In this document: one piece after another, positions 48,967 to 58,360 of the stretch
Layout of the letters: each line of letters begins with the position of its first letter
How positions within the stretch are numbered: position 1 is the stretch's first letter
Assembly (NCBI GenBank): GCA_965198005.1
Contig: CBDAOI010000002.1
Coordinates: forward strand, 64,001-128,000
Length of the DNA: 64,000 bases
Direction of reading: 5' to 3'
Origin: Spirochaetia bacterium
GTDB lineage: Bacteria > Spirochaetota > Spirochaetia > SZUA-6 > Bin103
Translations under genes and position numbers: made by a program
Notes under the pieces: model-generated
What the model was told of the DNA's origin: nothing
The model's database searches: none
What the model saw: only the letters and a program-made list of their open reading frames with translations

Positions 48967-51900
48967 TCACGATGACGCGGAGATGCTCAGTATCTCCAGC
49001 GCCTCCTTGCGGTCCAGGTGCGGGTGGGCGAACTGATTTCGATAGCTGCGCAAGCAGCCGTAGCAACTCGAATCGCATCCGCACGCGCCGCTCACACGGT
49101 CCCGAGCGTGCCGGAGCACCGCCGCGAACACCTCTTCGCGCTCCAGTTGAGCAACCAAGCCAGCGCCACCGGGGACGTTGTCGTAGAGCACTATCGACGC
49201 GGTTGTCGATGCCACCGCCGCGGTCGCGTCGACGCCTGCGATCGTGACATTCAGGTCGGTGTCCGGCACCCCCAACCGTTCGGCTGCTCCCAACAGGAGT
49301 GCGTAACCCACGGAATAGGCCATCCACTCGCCGTTCAGGTGGGGCACCTGCAGCCGCACCACGTCCGTAACCAGCTCGTGCCCAAGCGAGAAGTGCCGCA
49401 GCGTACCGGAGCACGGGGTATCCCACGGAGTTCGGTGTTCATGCTCCTGTTCGGTGAGGTGGCTCCCGCACGTGAGACAGATATAGAATCCCTGCCGGTT
49501 ATGCCCCTCGCAGAGAACGACGAGCGTACCGGGCAGCGCCTTCGTCACCTCGATGCCGAACAGTTTCCTCGTCTCCAGACGGACGTCACCGCCGAATCCC
49601 TTGAAGAACGGGCGAGTCGTATACAGCCGGCGCACCCGGCCGCGCGGCTCTTTCGGCTGCTGAAACAGCGCCGTAACGAACCCGAACTGCGGGATGAGAT
49701 ATTGCCTCATCCCCGGTGGCCGCGGTCCGCTGTCCTCGATCTGGGTGAAGTTCCGCGCCTCATTGTAATCGTAGTATGGCGTCTGTAGCGCCTTGCCGGG
49801 TACGATCTTGACTCCGACCGATTCCCACTCCCGCTTGTCCGCTATCACCTTGCCGCCGGGCGCGTACTCGGCGATCGCCTGTGACAGATCCCTCTGCAAC
49901 GCCACTCCGGTGGACTCCCGCGATTGGCCGCTCCGGGTGTCGAGCTCCACCACGTCTACCGGAAATCCATACTTCGGGATGGCCGCCTTGCGCGACAGGA
50001 AGCTCAGGGTCTGCTCTTCCGCAATGGTCCTCATACGACGCTCGATGTGGCCGACTTTAGTCGTCCAGCCTTTCGGCTGCTCCCGTATCAGGACCTCCTT
50101 CGCCTCCTGCATGGCACGATAGTCCGCGCACACCTCCAGTTCGACTTCGGCAAGGCGACTTTCCGGTCCCGCGACGTGATCGACCCACCCGCCGCTGGTC
50201 AATCCGGTGGCTGGGTGCATCGGCTCAGGCACAATGCGCTTCAATGCCGACTGCAGCGCGGCGTTGCCATGGCAGAAACGCTTCAGTTCGGAGACCGCAT
50301 CCGGGGCCTGCCAGTCGCCGACGAACTGCTGTACGTTGATGAAGCGGCCGCCCTTCCCCAGGTCCCTGAAAAACGCCGACAAAGCGGTGGCCGCCATGTG
50401 CCGTACGACGATTTTCGTATTCGTCACCTGCAGACGCGGCGGCTGCAATGGACTGTTGATTATGCGTTCGCACGGTTTCTCGTAGTGATAGAGATCGTGT
50501 GGATTGCGGCGGCAGTAAGTAACGGCGAAGCCTGGAGTCTCGCTGCGACCAGCGCGTCCAACGCGCTGCGTGTAGTTGAATGGCTCCGGCGGTACGTTGC
50601 GCACGAACACCGCCTCCAGATCGCCGATATCGACTCCCACCTCGAACGTAGTTGACGAACTGAGCAGGTGGATGTCTCCGTTTTTGAACCGCTCCTGACG
50701 CTGCCGCGCTTCATCGCTTGCGATCTGCGCCGTGTGTTCTTCGGCATGCAGCGTCGGGGGCAACGACGCGCTCTCGTAGAGGATGCGGTAGTGGTTGTTG
50801 CTTAGCCGCCGTTGGTCGGCTACACGCAACCTGCCGGGACAACGGTTTCTCGGACAAACGGCGCGAATACTGTGCAGGCTGATGCTTGCGCACGTGTCGC
50901 ACTCCCAAATCTCGTCGGATCGAGTAAGTGCGATGCGCAGCCAGCGCGAGTTGAGACGAAACGTGCCATTGGCGCTTCCCCGGGACAAGAGCTGGTCGGC
51001 GGGGCGCGAGTTGCCGTCGCGTGTTCGTAAGACGCTCCACGCCTGCCTCATGAGCCGGATGGACACCGACCGCTTGTCTTCATCGGACAACCCGCTGTCA
51101 GACAGAAGCCGATGCAGGAAATGCGCTACGACAGCCGACGCCGCGGAGCCCCACTGCCTCACGTTGCGACGTCTCCCCGGTGCCCCGATACCGTACGACG
51201 CCTGCGGCCAGGGCGAGACGTCGTTCCAGGCCGGCGCGCCGGCCTCTGCAGGCAGCGCCAACGCGCCGCGCAGACGAAGCTCGTCGAGGAGATATGCAAG
51301 AAGTCCGCGAGTGTCTTGCTCGGACAGACTCCAGGGCGGCATTCGTGCTACCTCCGGCAGCGCTACGTCATCGGGAATCTCGACGCTCCACTTGAGCAGT
51401 CCGACCCCGCTCAACGACAGCCGGCGCTCGTCGGTCAACGCTTCGCTGAGAATCGACTCCAACACCCTTCGCCGTCTACCTTCGGCGGTATCAGAAGCGC
51501 TGAACAGCCCCGCATGATCCCATTGGCTGAGCAATCGGGATCTGAGGTCGTCGATGGACAGCCCCTCGGGAGCGATCGCGCCTTGTTGCAGAGCGCGCAG
51601 CATGAGATTGCGATCGCGCAGCTTGCCGTAGGAGTCCTCGGCGTACCAGGCGAAGAATGCCGCTTCCTGACGGCTGTCCGCAAACGCCAACAGCTTGCGC
51701 CCAGTTTCCGGCAGCAACTCGTGCAGAGCGGTGGCGATGACCGCGTTCGGGCCGTCCGAGCCGTGCACGATCTCCTGCACCGGATCTCCCACGCCGCCAC
51801 GCCGATAGCCACAGGTCGCGCACTCCTTCAATTGATCGGGTTGCTCCTTGTGGGACGCACACTTCGCAACGTGGAGCGCAGCCGGAGCGCCGCAGGTACA

Positions 51901-53253
51901 CCCCGGCGTGGCACTCGCGGCGGCGGACAGGCGGCCGCAACGGCGACACAGTACGTGCGATGCACCAGCACTCGACTCCAACGGCCGATAGTACTCGACT
52001 CCGAAGCCCGGCTGGCTCGGGTCCCGCACCGCCTCCTCCAGCCTGCCGTGACGCTCACGGCCGACGTAATAGTGCTGACCGCATTCGCGACACAGCGCGA
52101 TCTCCAGCGGCACGGATCCGGTCCCGTTGGCCAACTCCCCCTTGCGGTTGAGAACCACTGCGTCCCGGCCCTCGCGGTGAACGAGGAACGCACCTTCCAA
52201 CGCGCGCAGGAACGTATGATACCGCCGCGGCGACCGCTGATCGCCCGGCCGCGACGAGCCGAAGATGACGCCGGACGGCGAAAACGATTCTCCGAACAGC
52301 TCCGCAGCGAATTTCGCCACGGCGGTCTTGTCGTCTTCTCCCTCGCCGGAGGACAGCGTTGCGCTGGTGGCGATGCACCGGAATGGCTCGCTACGCCCGC
52401 CGGTGGTCAGGCGCTGCTTCAGGCGCCGAATCAATATGCCCATCTCCATGCCCTTGGCGCCCCGGTACTGATGCGCCTCGTCCAAGACGATGAACTGCCA
52501 GCGCGTGCCGCGCCCGCCATCGAACAGCGGGCTGTCGTCGGGCCGAATCAGCAGGTACTCGAGCATCGAGTAGTTGGTCAGCAGGATATGCGGCGGCGTG
52601 ATCCGCATCTCTTCCCGGAAGATCAACTCCCCGGTGAGTCGTTCTTGCTCTCGATCCGCCGCGTTGCGCCACGTGTCGCTTCTGCTCTTGGGTGTCTGGC
52701 CGGTGTATTGTCCAAAGGTCGGACGAAAATCCGACCCGGCGATGCTCAGCGATTTCGCTATCTCACCGAGGCGTTCCCGTTGATCGTTGGCGAGCGCATT
52801 CATCGGATAGAGAATCATCGCACGCACGCCCGGTTGACCCAGCTCGCCCGCGAGATGCTGTCGGTACAGCTCGAACAGAATCGGGTAGAGAAAGCTCTCC
52901 GTCTTGCCGCTTGCGGTACCGGTCGCGACCACGACGTTCCGCCGCTCGCCGTAAGCAGCCCGAACCGCGCGCTCCTGGTGTACGTACAGCGGCCCGTGCC
53001 TCAGTCCCGGAAGCAGCCGGTCCGCCATGCCTGGAAAACACTGTCGCGCCAACTCGTGTGCCTCCGCACCGTGCTCGAATCCGCGATCGGGTTCGGGATA
53101 CGGCCCCTTCAGCAGACTCCCCTCCTTCCCAAGAGCGGACTCGAAGGAATCCCGCAGCGCGCGATCTTTGAAGAAGAATGATGTCTTCAGGTAATTCTCG
53201 TAGCGACTTCGAATGGTGTCAGTCCACCGTTCGACGTGTTCTGCTTTGGGCAC
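48967..53253 (-). CDS. Large SF2 DEAD/DEAH helicase with C-terminal DUF1998 (DruE/DpdJ/DrmB/MrfA-related)
   Basis: TGTASGKT, YPMNALANDQ, TNYSMLEYLL, DEAH, TSAT, TFEVGVDIG, QRVGRAGR, DNVPGGAG, CGCDSSCYGCL. Confidence 0.93.
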   Translation of the reverse strand: MPKAEHVERWTDTIRSRYENYLKTSFFFKDRALRDSFESALGKEGSLLKGPYPEPDRGFEHGAEAHELARQCFPGMADRLLPGLRHGPLYVHQERAVRAAYGERRNVVVATGTASGKTESFLYPILFELYRQHLAGELGQPGVRAMILYPMNALANDQRERLGEIAKSLSIAGSDFRPTFGQYTGQTPKSRSDTWRNAADREQERLTGELIFREEMRITPPHILLTNYSMLEYLLIRPDDSPLFDGGRGTRWQFIVLDEAHQYRGAKGMEMGILIRRLKQRLTTGGRSEPFRCIATSATLSSGEGEDDKTAVAKFAAELFGESFSPSGVIFGSSRPGDQRSPRRYHTFLRALEGAFLVHREGRDAVVLNRKGELANGTGSVPLEIALCRECGQHYYVGRERHGRLEEAVRDPSQPGFGVEYYRPLESSAGASHVLCRRCGRLSAAASATPGCTCGAPAALHVAKCASHKEQPDQLKECATCGYRRGGVGDPVQEIVHGSDGPNAVIATALHELLPETGRKLLAFADSRQEAAFFAWYAEDSYGKLRDRNLMLRALQQGAIAPEGLSIDDLRSRLLSQWDHAGLFSASDTAEGRRRRVLESILSEALTDERRLSLSGVGLLKWSVEIPDDVALPEVARMPPWSLSEQDTRGLLAYLLDELRLRGALALPAEAGAPAWNDVSPWPQASYGIGAPGRRRNVRQWGSAASAVVAHFLHRLLSDSGLSDEDKRSVSIRLMRQAWSVLRTRDGNSRPADQLLSRGSANGTFRLNSRWLRIALTRSDEIWECDTCASISLHSIRAVCPRNRCPGRLRVADQRRLSNNHYRILYESASLPPTLHAEEHTAQIASDEARQRQERFKNGDIHLLSSSTTFEVGVDIGDLEAVFVRNVPPEPFNYTQRVGRAGRSETPGFAVTYCRRNPHDLYHYEKPCERIINSPLQPPRLQVTNTKIVVRHMAATALSAFFRDLGKGGRFINVQQFVGDWQAPDAVSELKRFCHGNAALQSALKRIVPEPMHPATGLTSGGWVDHVAGPESRLAEVELEVCADYRAMQEAKEVLIREQPKGWTTKVGHIERRMRTIAEEQTLSFLSRKAAIPKYGFPVDVVELDTRSGQSRESTGVALQRDLSQAIAEYAPGGKVIADKREWESVGVKIVPGKALQTPYYDYNEARNFTQIEDSGPRPPGMRQYLIPQFGFVTALFQQPKEPRGRVRRLYTTRPFFKGFGGDVRLETRKLFGIEVTKALPGTLVVLCEGHNRQGFYICLTCGSHLTEQEHEHRTPWDTPCSGTLRHFSLGHELVTDVVRLQVPHLNGEWMAYSVGYALLLGAAERLGVPDTDLNVTIAGVDATAAVASTTASIVLYDNVPGGAGLVAQLEREEVFAAVLRHARDRVSGACGCDSSCYGCLRSYRNQFAHPHLDRKEALEILSISASS

Positions 53254-55441
53254 GTCGTTGTATCCCCCTTAGTGCATCGATATTGAAACCGTACGCGGTA
53301 TGGCGCCGCCAGTCGATAGGAATATCCACCTGCTTCGCAGCGGCAGCCGTCAGCCCTGCGGCGTGGATCTCGCGCAAACTGAATCCCCTTCCGGGCCGCC
53401 TGCCGCGCCCATGCGTGTGCGTGACGTAGGCACGCAATCGACCGATCTTCAGCGGAGAAAACACGGTTACTTCTGCGTGTTGTGTCACCTTCTCGCCAGT
53501 CATCACCACATCCGGATGCGCATGGAACGAGACAATCTCTGGAACAGCATCAGCGATGACACGGACCAGTGGCACAATGGATGAGCCGCATCGAGCATGC
53601 AATAGAGCATCCTCGTGCAACCAGCTATCGATCTGCGAATCGTCCGCGAAGTCGATGAGAGGAAGCTGTACCGTGCGAATCAAGTCCTCTGTCTGTATTG
53701 AGCGATAGCTTCTGGTCAAGTCATGATCGAATCCCACGTCTACGGCATTGATCTCCCGTGGTAGACGGATCCGAACCACAGAGTCGGAGTTGGCGTGGTC
53801 ACGAAACTCACTGCGCGTCATCGCCAGCCGTGTCGCGCACCAGGGTGCTGATTCCTCTCCTTCGTGCCCAAGACACCACCAAATCCTCGGTAACCTGATC
53901 ACCACCTCGACACTGCCCGATGGAGTCTCTAGCGAGCAGGCAACCTCGTCGGCAGCCGGATACGGAGCCACCATCACGGCCGCTTCCTCTTCCACCCATC
54001 GTTGGTGGGAACCTGGTCTCAACGAGGGCCGAATGGCTGCGCCCTTCACCCCCACGAACTGCACCTTGGTCGGAGTATGGCCTTCTATCGCTGGCGCCAG
54101 CAGCGTTTCCCCGGTGTAGGGTCTACCATTTACGAGGATCTCGCGGAGGCCCTCGACGTAGCGGAATTCGCCATTGTCGCACAGCTTCGTATCGCTGTCG
54201 TACACGCGCACAAAAAAGCGTCCCTGACGTTGATCCAGCACGTCCGCCAACGGGCGTTCCGCGGGCAGGAAGCTTTCCCCGCGCCAGCCGCCATCCTTCT
54301 CTTCGCCGACGCGCGCCCAAGTGACTCCGCGCCCCGGTCTCAGTTCCGGAGGCCTGCCAATGAACAGTCCGCCTTCGGTCGAGTCGTCGTAGAGTCGCTC
54401 GCCGATCAGCGAGAAGCCCGCGCGGGTCAGCTCCAAGTCGCACTCCTCGAAGCCAACGCCGTCCGCTGACGGGTCGCCGTTGCGAAAGAAGTAGTGCGCC
54501 TGGAACGCAGGATCGGCGCTCGCCTCCGGTGCGACCGGCGCGCGCCCCCTGCGGTTCCATCCTGTCGGTGCTATCACGATGAAGTGACCGCGACTGACGG
54601 CGTCGATTCTCCGACCGACACCGCTCCACCTGTCGGCCAACTTGAAGATCATCGGCGCTCGCGCGGTGCATAACGGAAGCTCGGTTGCACTGCCGTCCGC
54701 ATGATCGACGGAGAGAACCCCCGCAAAGGATGAAAGGCGGTACTCGGCCCGTTCCGCGCGTAGGCGGGTGTCGTCGAGCCGAACGCCGGTTACATTGCAT
54801 TCGTCGGGCGCCGACAAGACTACCCCCCATTGCCATGACCCGGGCGCCTTTCGGCATATCAACTCCGGTAGGGCAGGAGGCGGGGCTGGGCGGTTCGCTG
54901 CCCTCGGGACGGCGACCGCAGCGCGCACGCCCCGCCGTGCGCCGTGCCTGCGCGGTGGCCGACGCGGTGTTGTCGCACTACCGCGAGAAGGTTCCGGACC
55001 GTGCTCCGCAGGCTGTTGGGCGATGCGTTGGCCAATTTCTAGCTTGCGGAAGTCCGGCCCGACCAATCGCCTGTCGAGAGTGAAAACGGTCGTCACACCG
55101 AGCTGAGACATCAGCGCGCGGCTGGTTCGGGGGATCAGAGCACCCAGATCGCGCTTGCCCCGGGTAAGGGCTCGGGCATGAAGCCCGGAATCGACCGTCA
55201 GAACCGTCACGCGCGGTTTCAGCTCGGCGAGGAACGCCCGCGCTTTGTCGAATCCGAGCCGTGCCTGCACGAGCGCCAGCAACTCCGCGCACACGTAGCT
55301 GGAAGTGATCAGCGGAGCCCCGGAGCGCAACAATTCGTCCCAGGCCGAACCAACCTGAGCATGCGCCTCATGGGTCGGGTCAAGCAGCGCGTAAAACGCT
55401 GTCGTGTCGATGAATATGGCGTTTCCGTCGGAGCGCTCCAT
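53219..55441 (-). CDS. Multidomain protein: PIN domain, beta-rich middle region, C-terminal eL13 (L13e)-like motif
   Basis: IFIDTTAFYALLD..AEL..FTLD (PIN); RPGRGFSLREIHAAGL..IPIDWRRHT..NIDAL (eL13-like); overlaps the helicase start. Confidence 0.75.
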   Translation of the reverse strand: MERSDGNAIFIDTTAFYALLDPTHEAHAQVGSAWDELLRSGAPLITSSYVCAELLALVQARLGFDKARAFLAELKPRVTVLTVDSGLHARALTRGKRDLGALIPRTSRALMSQLGVTTVFTLDRRLVGPDFRKLEIGQRIAQQPAEHGPEPSRGSATTPRRPPRRHGARRGVRAAVAVPRAANRPAPPPALPELICRKAPGSWQWGVVLSAPDECNVTGVRLDDTRLRAERAEYRLSSFAGVLSVDHADGSATELPLCTARAPMIFKLADRWSGVGRRIDAVSRGHFIVIAPTGWNRRGRAPVAPEASADPAFQAHYFFRNGDPSADGVGFEECDLELTRAGFSLIGERLYDDSTEGGLFIGRPPELRPGRGVTWARVGEEKDGGWRGESFLPAERPLADVLDQRQGRFFVRVYDSDTKLCDNGEFRYVEGLREILVNGRPYTGETLLAPAIEGHTPTKVQFVGVKGAAIRPSLRPGSHQRWVEEEAAVMVAPYPAADEVACSLETPSGSVEVVIRLPRIWWCLGHEGEESAPWCATRLAMTRSEFRDHANSDSVVRIRLPREINAVDVGFDHDLTRSYRSIQTEDLIRTVQLPLIDFADDSQIDSWLHEDALLHARCGSSIVPLVRVIADAVPEIVSFHAHPDVVMTGEKVTQHAEVTVFSPLKIGRLRAYVTHTHGRGRRPGRGFSLREIHAAGLTAAAAKQVDIPIDWRRHTAYGFNIDALRGIQRRAQSRTRRTVD

Positions 55442-55612
55442 AGGAATCCGAAACTGCCGTGATAATACACGACTGGGCACACGTCTTACCATAAGCGGTG
55501 TGCCGGTTGCGGCTCGCATCCAGCGCGGTACTCGGGGCTGCGCGGCCCCGAAGGCCGGTATCTGCGCCCAGCCGGTGGCGGGCACGCAGCAGACGTTCAG
55601 AAACGGCCGGCT

Positions 55613-57697
55613 TCACCGCTGAGGCAGGCTAGGTCGCACCGCGTCCAGAACCACTTCAAGACACTGGTCCAGGTCGCGTGATAGTTCGCGGACGCTGAAG
55701 CGCGTCACCTGCCACCCCTCGGCCTCGATGGCTCGGTCCCGGTTGGAACTCGCTCCCGGTTTCCGAGGAAAGGCAGCCCCATCGCACTCGACGTCCAGTC
55801 GAACCTCCCCGTCTTCGACAGCGACGTCGAGTCGGTGCCCCGCCACCACTGCGCCCGTTCTGGCGGGAACGCCACGGCGCAGAAGCGCCTCGAACAATTC
55901 CATCGCGACCGGACTGTCGAAACCGCTCGCTTCGATCCTGGTCACGTAGCCCGCCAAGCGCCTCAGTACGGTCTCATGTGCGATCCACGCTTCGATGTCT
56001 CCAATGATGACCAGGCGACGGCGCGCACGCGTCAGAGCGACGTTGATCAGATTCCGGTCGGACACTTGCCGGACCACAGCCTCGGCCTCGGCGCGATTGA
56101 TCCGGCTCCGCCCGCGCGGACCGCGGGCGGCCTGTCCCGCAACTCGTACCCACTCGATGGCACGCAAGCCGGCGGGTGGCTTCCGGTCGCTGCACAGCTC
56201 CATGTTCCCGTCGTAGAACTCGGTATTGGCGAAGCCGATGATGGCCGGATGCGACCGGAAGTGCAGGTCGAGGAACAGGGGCGGCGCCACGATCCGCGCC
56301 ACCGCCAAGTCGAAACAGCTATGGTAGCGGTAGCTGAACGCTTCGGCGCGCTCCTCCGCCAAGCCCCATCTCCGCGCAATGAGCCGCTCACGCGCGTGGC
56401 TGAGCGTAGTGACGTGAATCAGTTGTCGCTGATCGCCAATGATCAGCGCACGCTCCGCACGCACGAGCAACGGTAGCGCGGACGCCACGTCGCACTGTGA
56501 CGCCTCGTCTATCACCACCAGATCGAACAGCCCGGGTTGCAGCGGCAGATTGGTGCGAGCGGAAAGATTCGTCACCTGCGACCTCCTCCCTGAGAGCGGC
56601 GCCCCCGGCTCGCACGACGATCCCGTGCGGGGAGGTCTCGCGCAGCCGATCGACCACGACATCCACCGCCTTGTTGTTCTTCGACGCCAGCAGCACGGTC
56701 TCGCCGCGGCATACGGCGGCGGCTACGACATTCACCAGCACCTGCGACTTTCCGGTCCCGGGCGGGCCGGTTACCACCGTGAACTGGTTCGTCATCGCAG
56801 CGTGCACCGCGTGATCCTGCGCCAGGGAGGAGGGTACGAGCGTCGGATGCGCCTCCGGGAGCGGCGGTTCCGCAACCGAACCGGTACCCAACAACACGGC
56901 GGCCGGGCCACGCCGCAGCAGCTCCGGCCGATTCGCCAGTTCGTGCAGGTCGACGACAAGGTTCCGCACGAATGGCAGGCGGCCTGACGTTGCCATCAAA
57001 CCTCCGGGCTCTCATCCACCGCTTTCACGAATGCCTCACGCTCATCCCGAGCGAAACCGAGAAGATCAAGCGCGAAGGGATTGAGCTCCACGAACTCACC
57101 GGGGCGTTGGCAACGCCATGTTCCGTGTTGGAACTGTAGTCGCACCTCGGTGAGCAGCAACGGGGATGCGGCGATGTCACCCGGTCCCGAGGACGTGCAC
57201 CCCACGATGAGCGGCCAGCCGGCTATCTGCGTCTCGCCCACAGCCCGTGCGCGCCGCTCGCACCAGTCGCGGCTGTCCGGATCATCGGATACCGAGATCG
57301 AGGCATGGAACGGGCTCTTGCGGCCGGCGAGCTCGATATGATCGCGACTGCCGGGAACCAAGCGCAGCGAGCCGGCGGCTTCCGCTTCTACGCAATCGCG
57401 AAAGAATCCGACCAGGGCGACCAACTCGTCCTCAGGTGGTTTGTTCCGGTCGACCATCGTCTGCCGCGCGTGGATTTCAGGGGCGCCGTTGAACATGCGC
57501 ACCTTGCCCTGGACGCGAACCTGATCGCCGGATTGCGGAGCCAGGCCGGCCTCCCACCACACGACCGTCAGCTCATCGTCGCCTTGCGCGCGTAGCGTCG
57601 CCTTCACCGCCGGGCCGTTCCCGGTCGCGAAAGTCCGTCGCCTGCCTACCTTGCCCACCACGTCGACCGATTGTCCCTCTGTCAGGGGGTGCTGCAT
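55613..57697 (-). pseudogene. OB-fold plus SF1 (AAA_11/AAA_12, Upf1/DNA2-like) helicase plus DUF559/Vsr-like nuclease, fragmented
   Basis: Three frames: OB-like N-terminus; GPPGTGKS..SKNNKAVD; DEASQ, GDQRQL, HFRSHP, NVALTRAR, DVECDG..GWQVTRF. The motif V region is missing. Confidence 0.85.
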
Positions 57698-57896
57698 CAC
57701 TTCGTCTCCACGTCGGGTGGCCGGGGCCACACCATGCCACGCTACCGCGGACGTGATCGCGCGAACCGATCGGCGTGATAGTATAGAATACTTGGCATAA
57801 TGGCCCTCCCGGCGGCCGATCGCCCTGCCGTCTGCCGGGCCCGACGCAGGAGCCCGCCCGATAACTGATCTCCCGCGCGGCAAGGAGCAGGTTGAA

Positions 57897-58106
57897 ATGG
57901 AGTACACGGCTATCGTCAAACGTAGCGGAGAGTGGTGGATCGGCTGGATCGAGGAAGTGCCCGGCGTCAACTGCCAGGAACGCACTCACGAGGAGCTCCG
58001 CAAGAGCCTCGCCGAAGCCCTCTCCGAAGCCCTGGAATTCAATCGTCGCGAGGCTCGCGCCGCTGCAGGTGACAACTACCGCGAGGAAAAAGTCGCCGTG
58101 GCATGA
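57897..58106 (+). CDS. hicB: HicB family antitoxin
   Basis: YTAIVKRSGEWWIGWIEEVPGVNCQERT. Confidence 0.9.
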   Translation: MEYTAIVKRSGEWWIGWIEEVPGVNCQERTHEELRKSLAEALSEALEFNRREARAAAGDNYREEKVAVA

Positions 58107-58291
58107 AGCGGATCCAATTGCTGAAGCATCTTCGGCAGAGTGGGTGCAAATTGATTCGGGAAGGAAGAAGACATTCGTGGTGGTGCAACAACCGTGGGGA
58201 CCGACGCTCCGCGATCCCCAGGCATAGAGAGATCGATGACACGCTGGCTCGGAAGATCTGCAGGGATCTCGGCGTAGAACCGGTCAAGTAG
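58103..58291 (+). CDS. hicA: HicA family toxin
   Basis: LIREGRRHSWW..AIPRHREID..ARKICRDL; ATGA overlap with hicB. Confidence 0.9.
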   Translation: MKRIQLLKHLRQSGCKLIREGRRHSWWCNNRGDRRSAIPRHREIDDTLARKICRDLGVEPVK

Positions 58292-58360
58292 GAGATCAAC
58301 CCCAACCGCTCGGCCTCCGGAACATCAACACCGGCACAGCGAATGAGGTAGTATGCCCGC

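Noticed and set aside
53268-53405. A stand-alone ribosomal protein gene from archaeal or eukaryotic contamination
   Set aside because: The motif is in frame with a long upstream ORF, has no separate start or RBS that I can see, and overlaps a bacterial-type helicase gene
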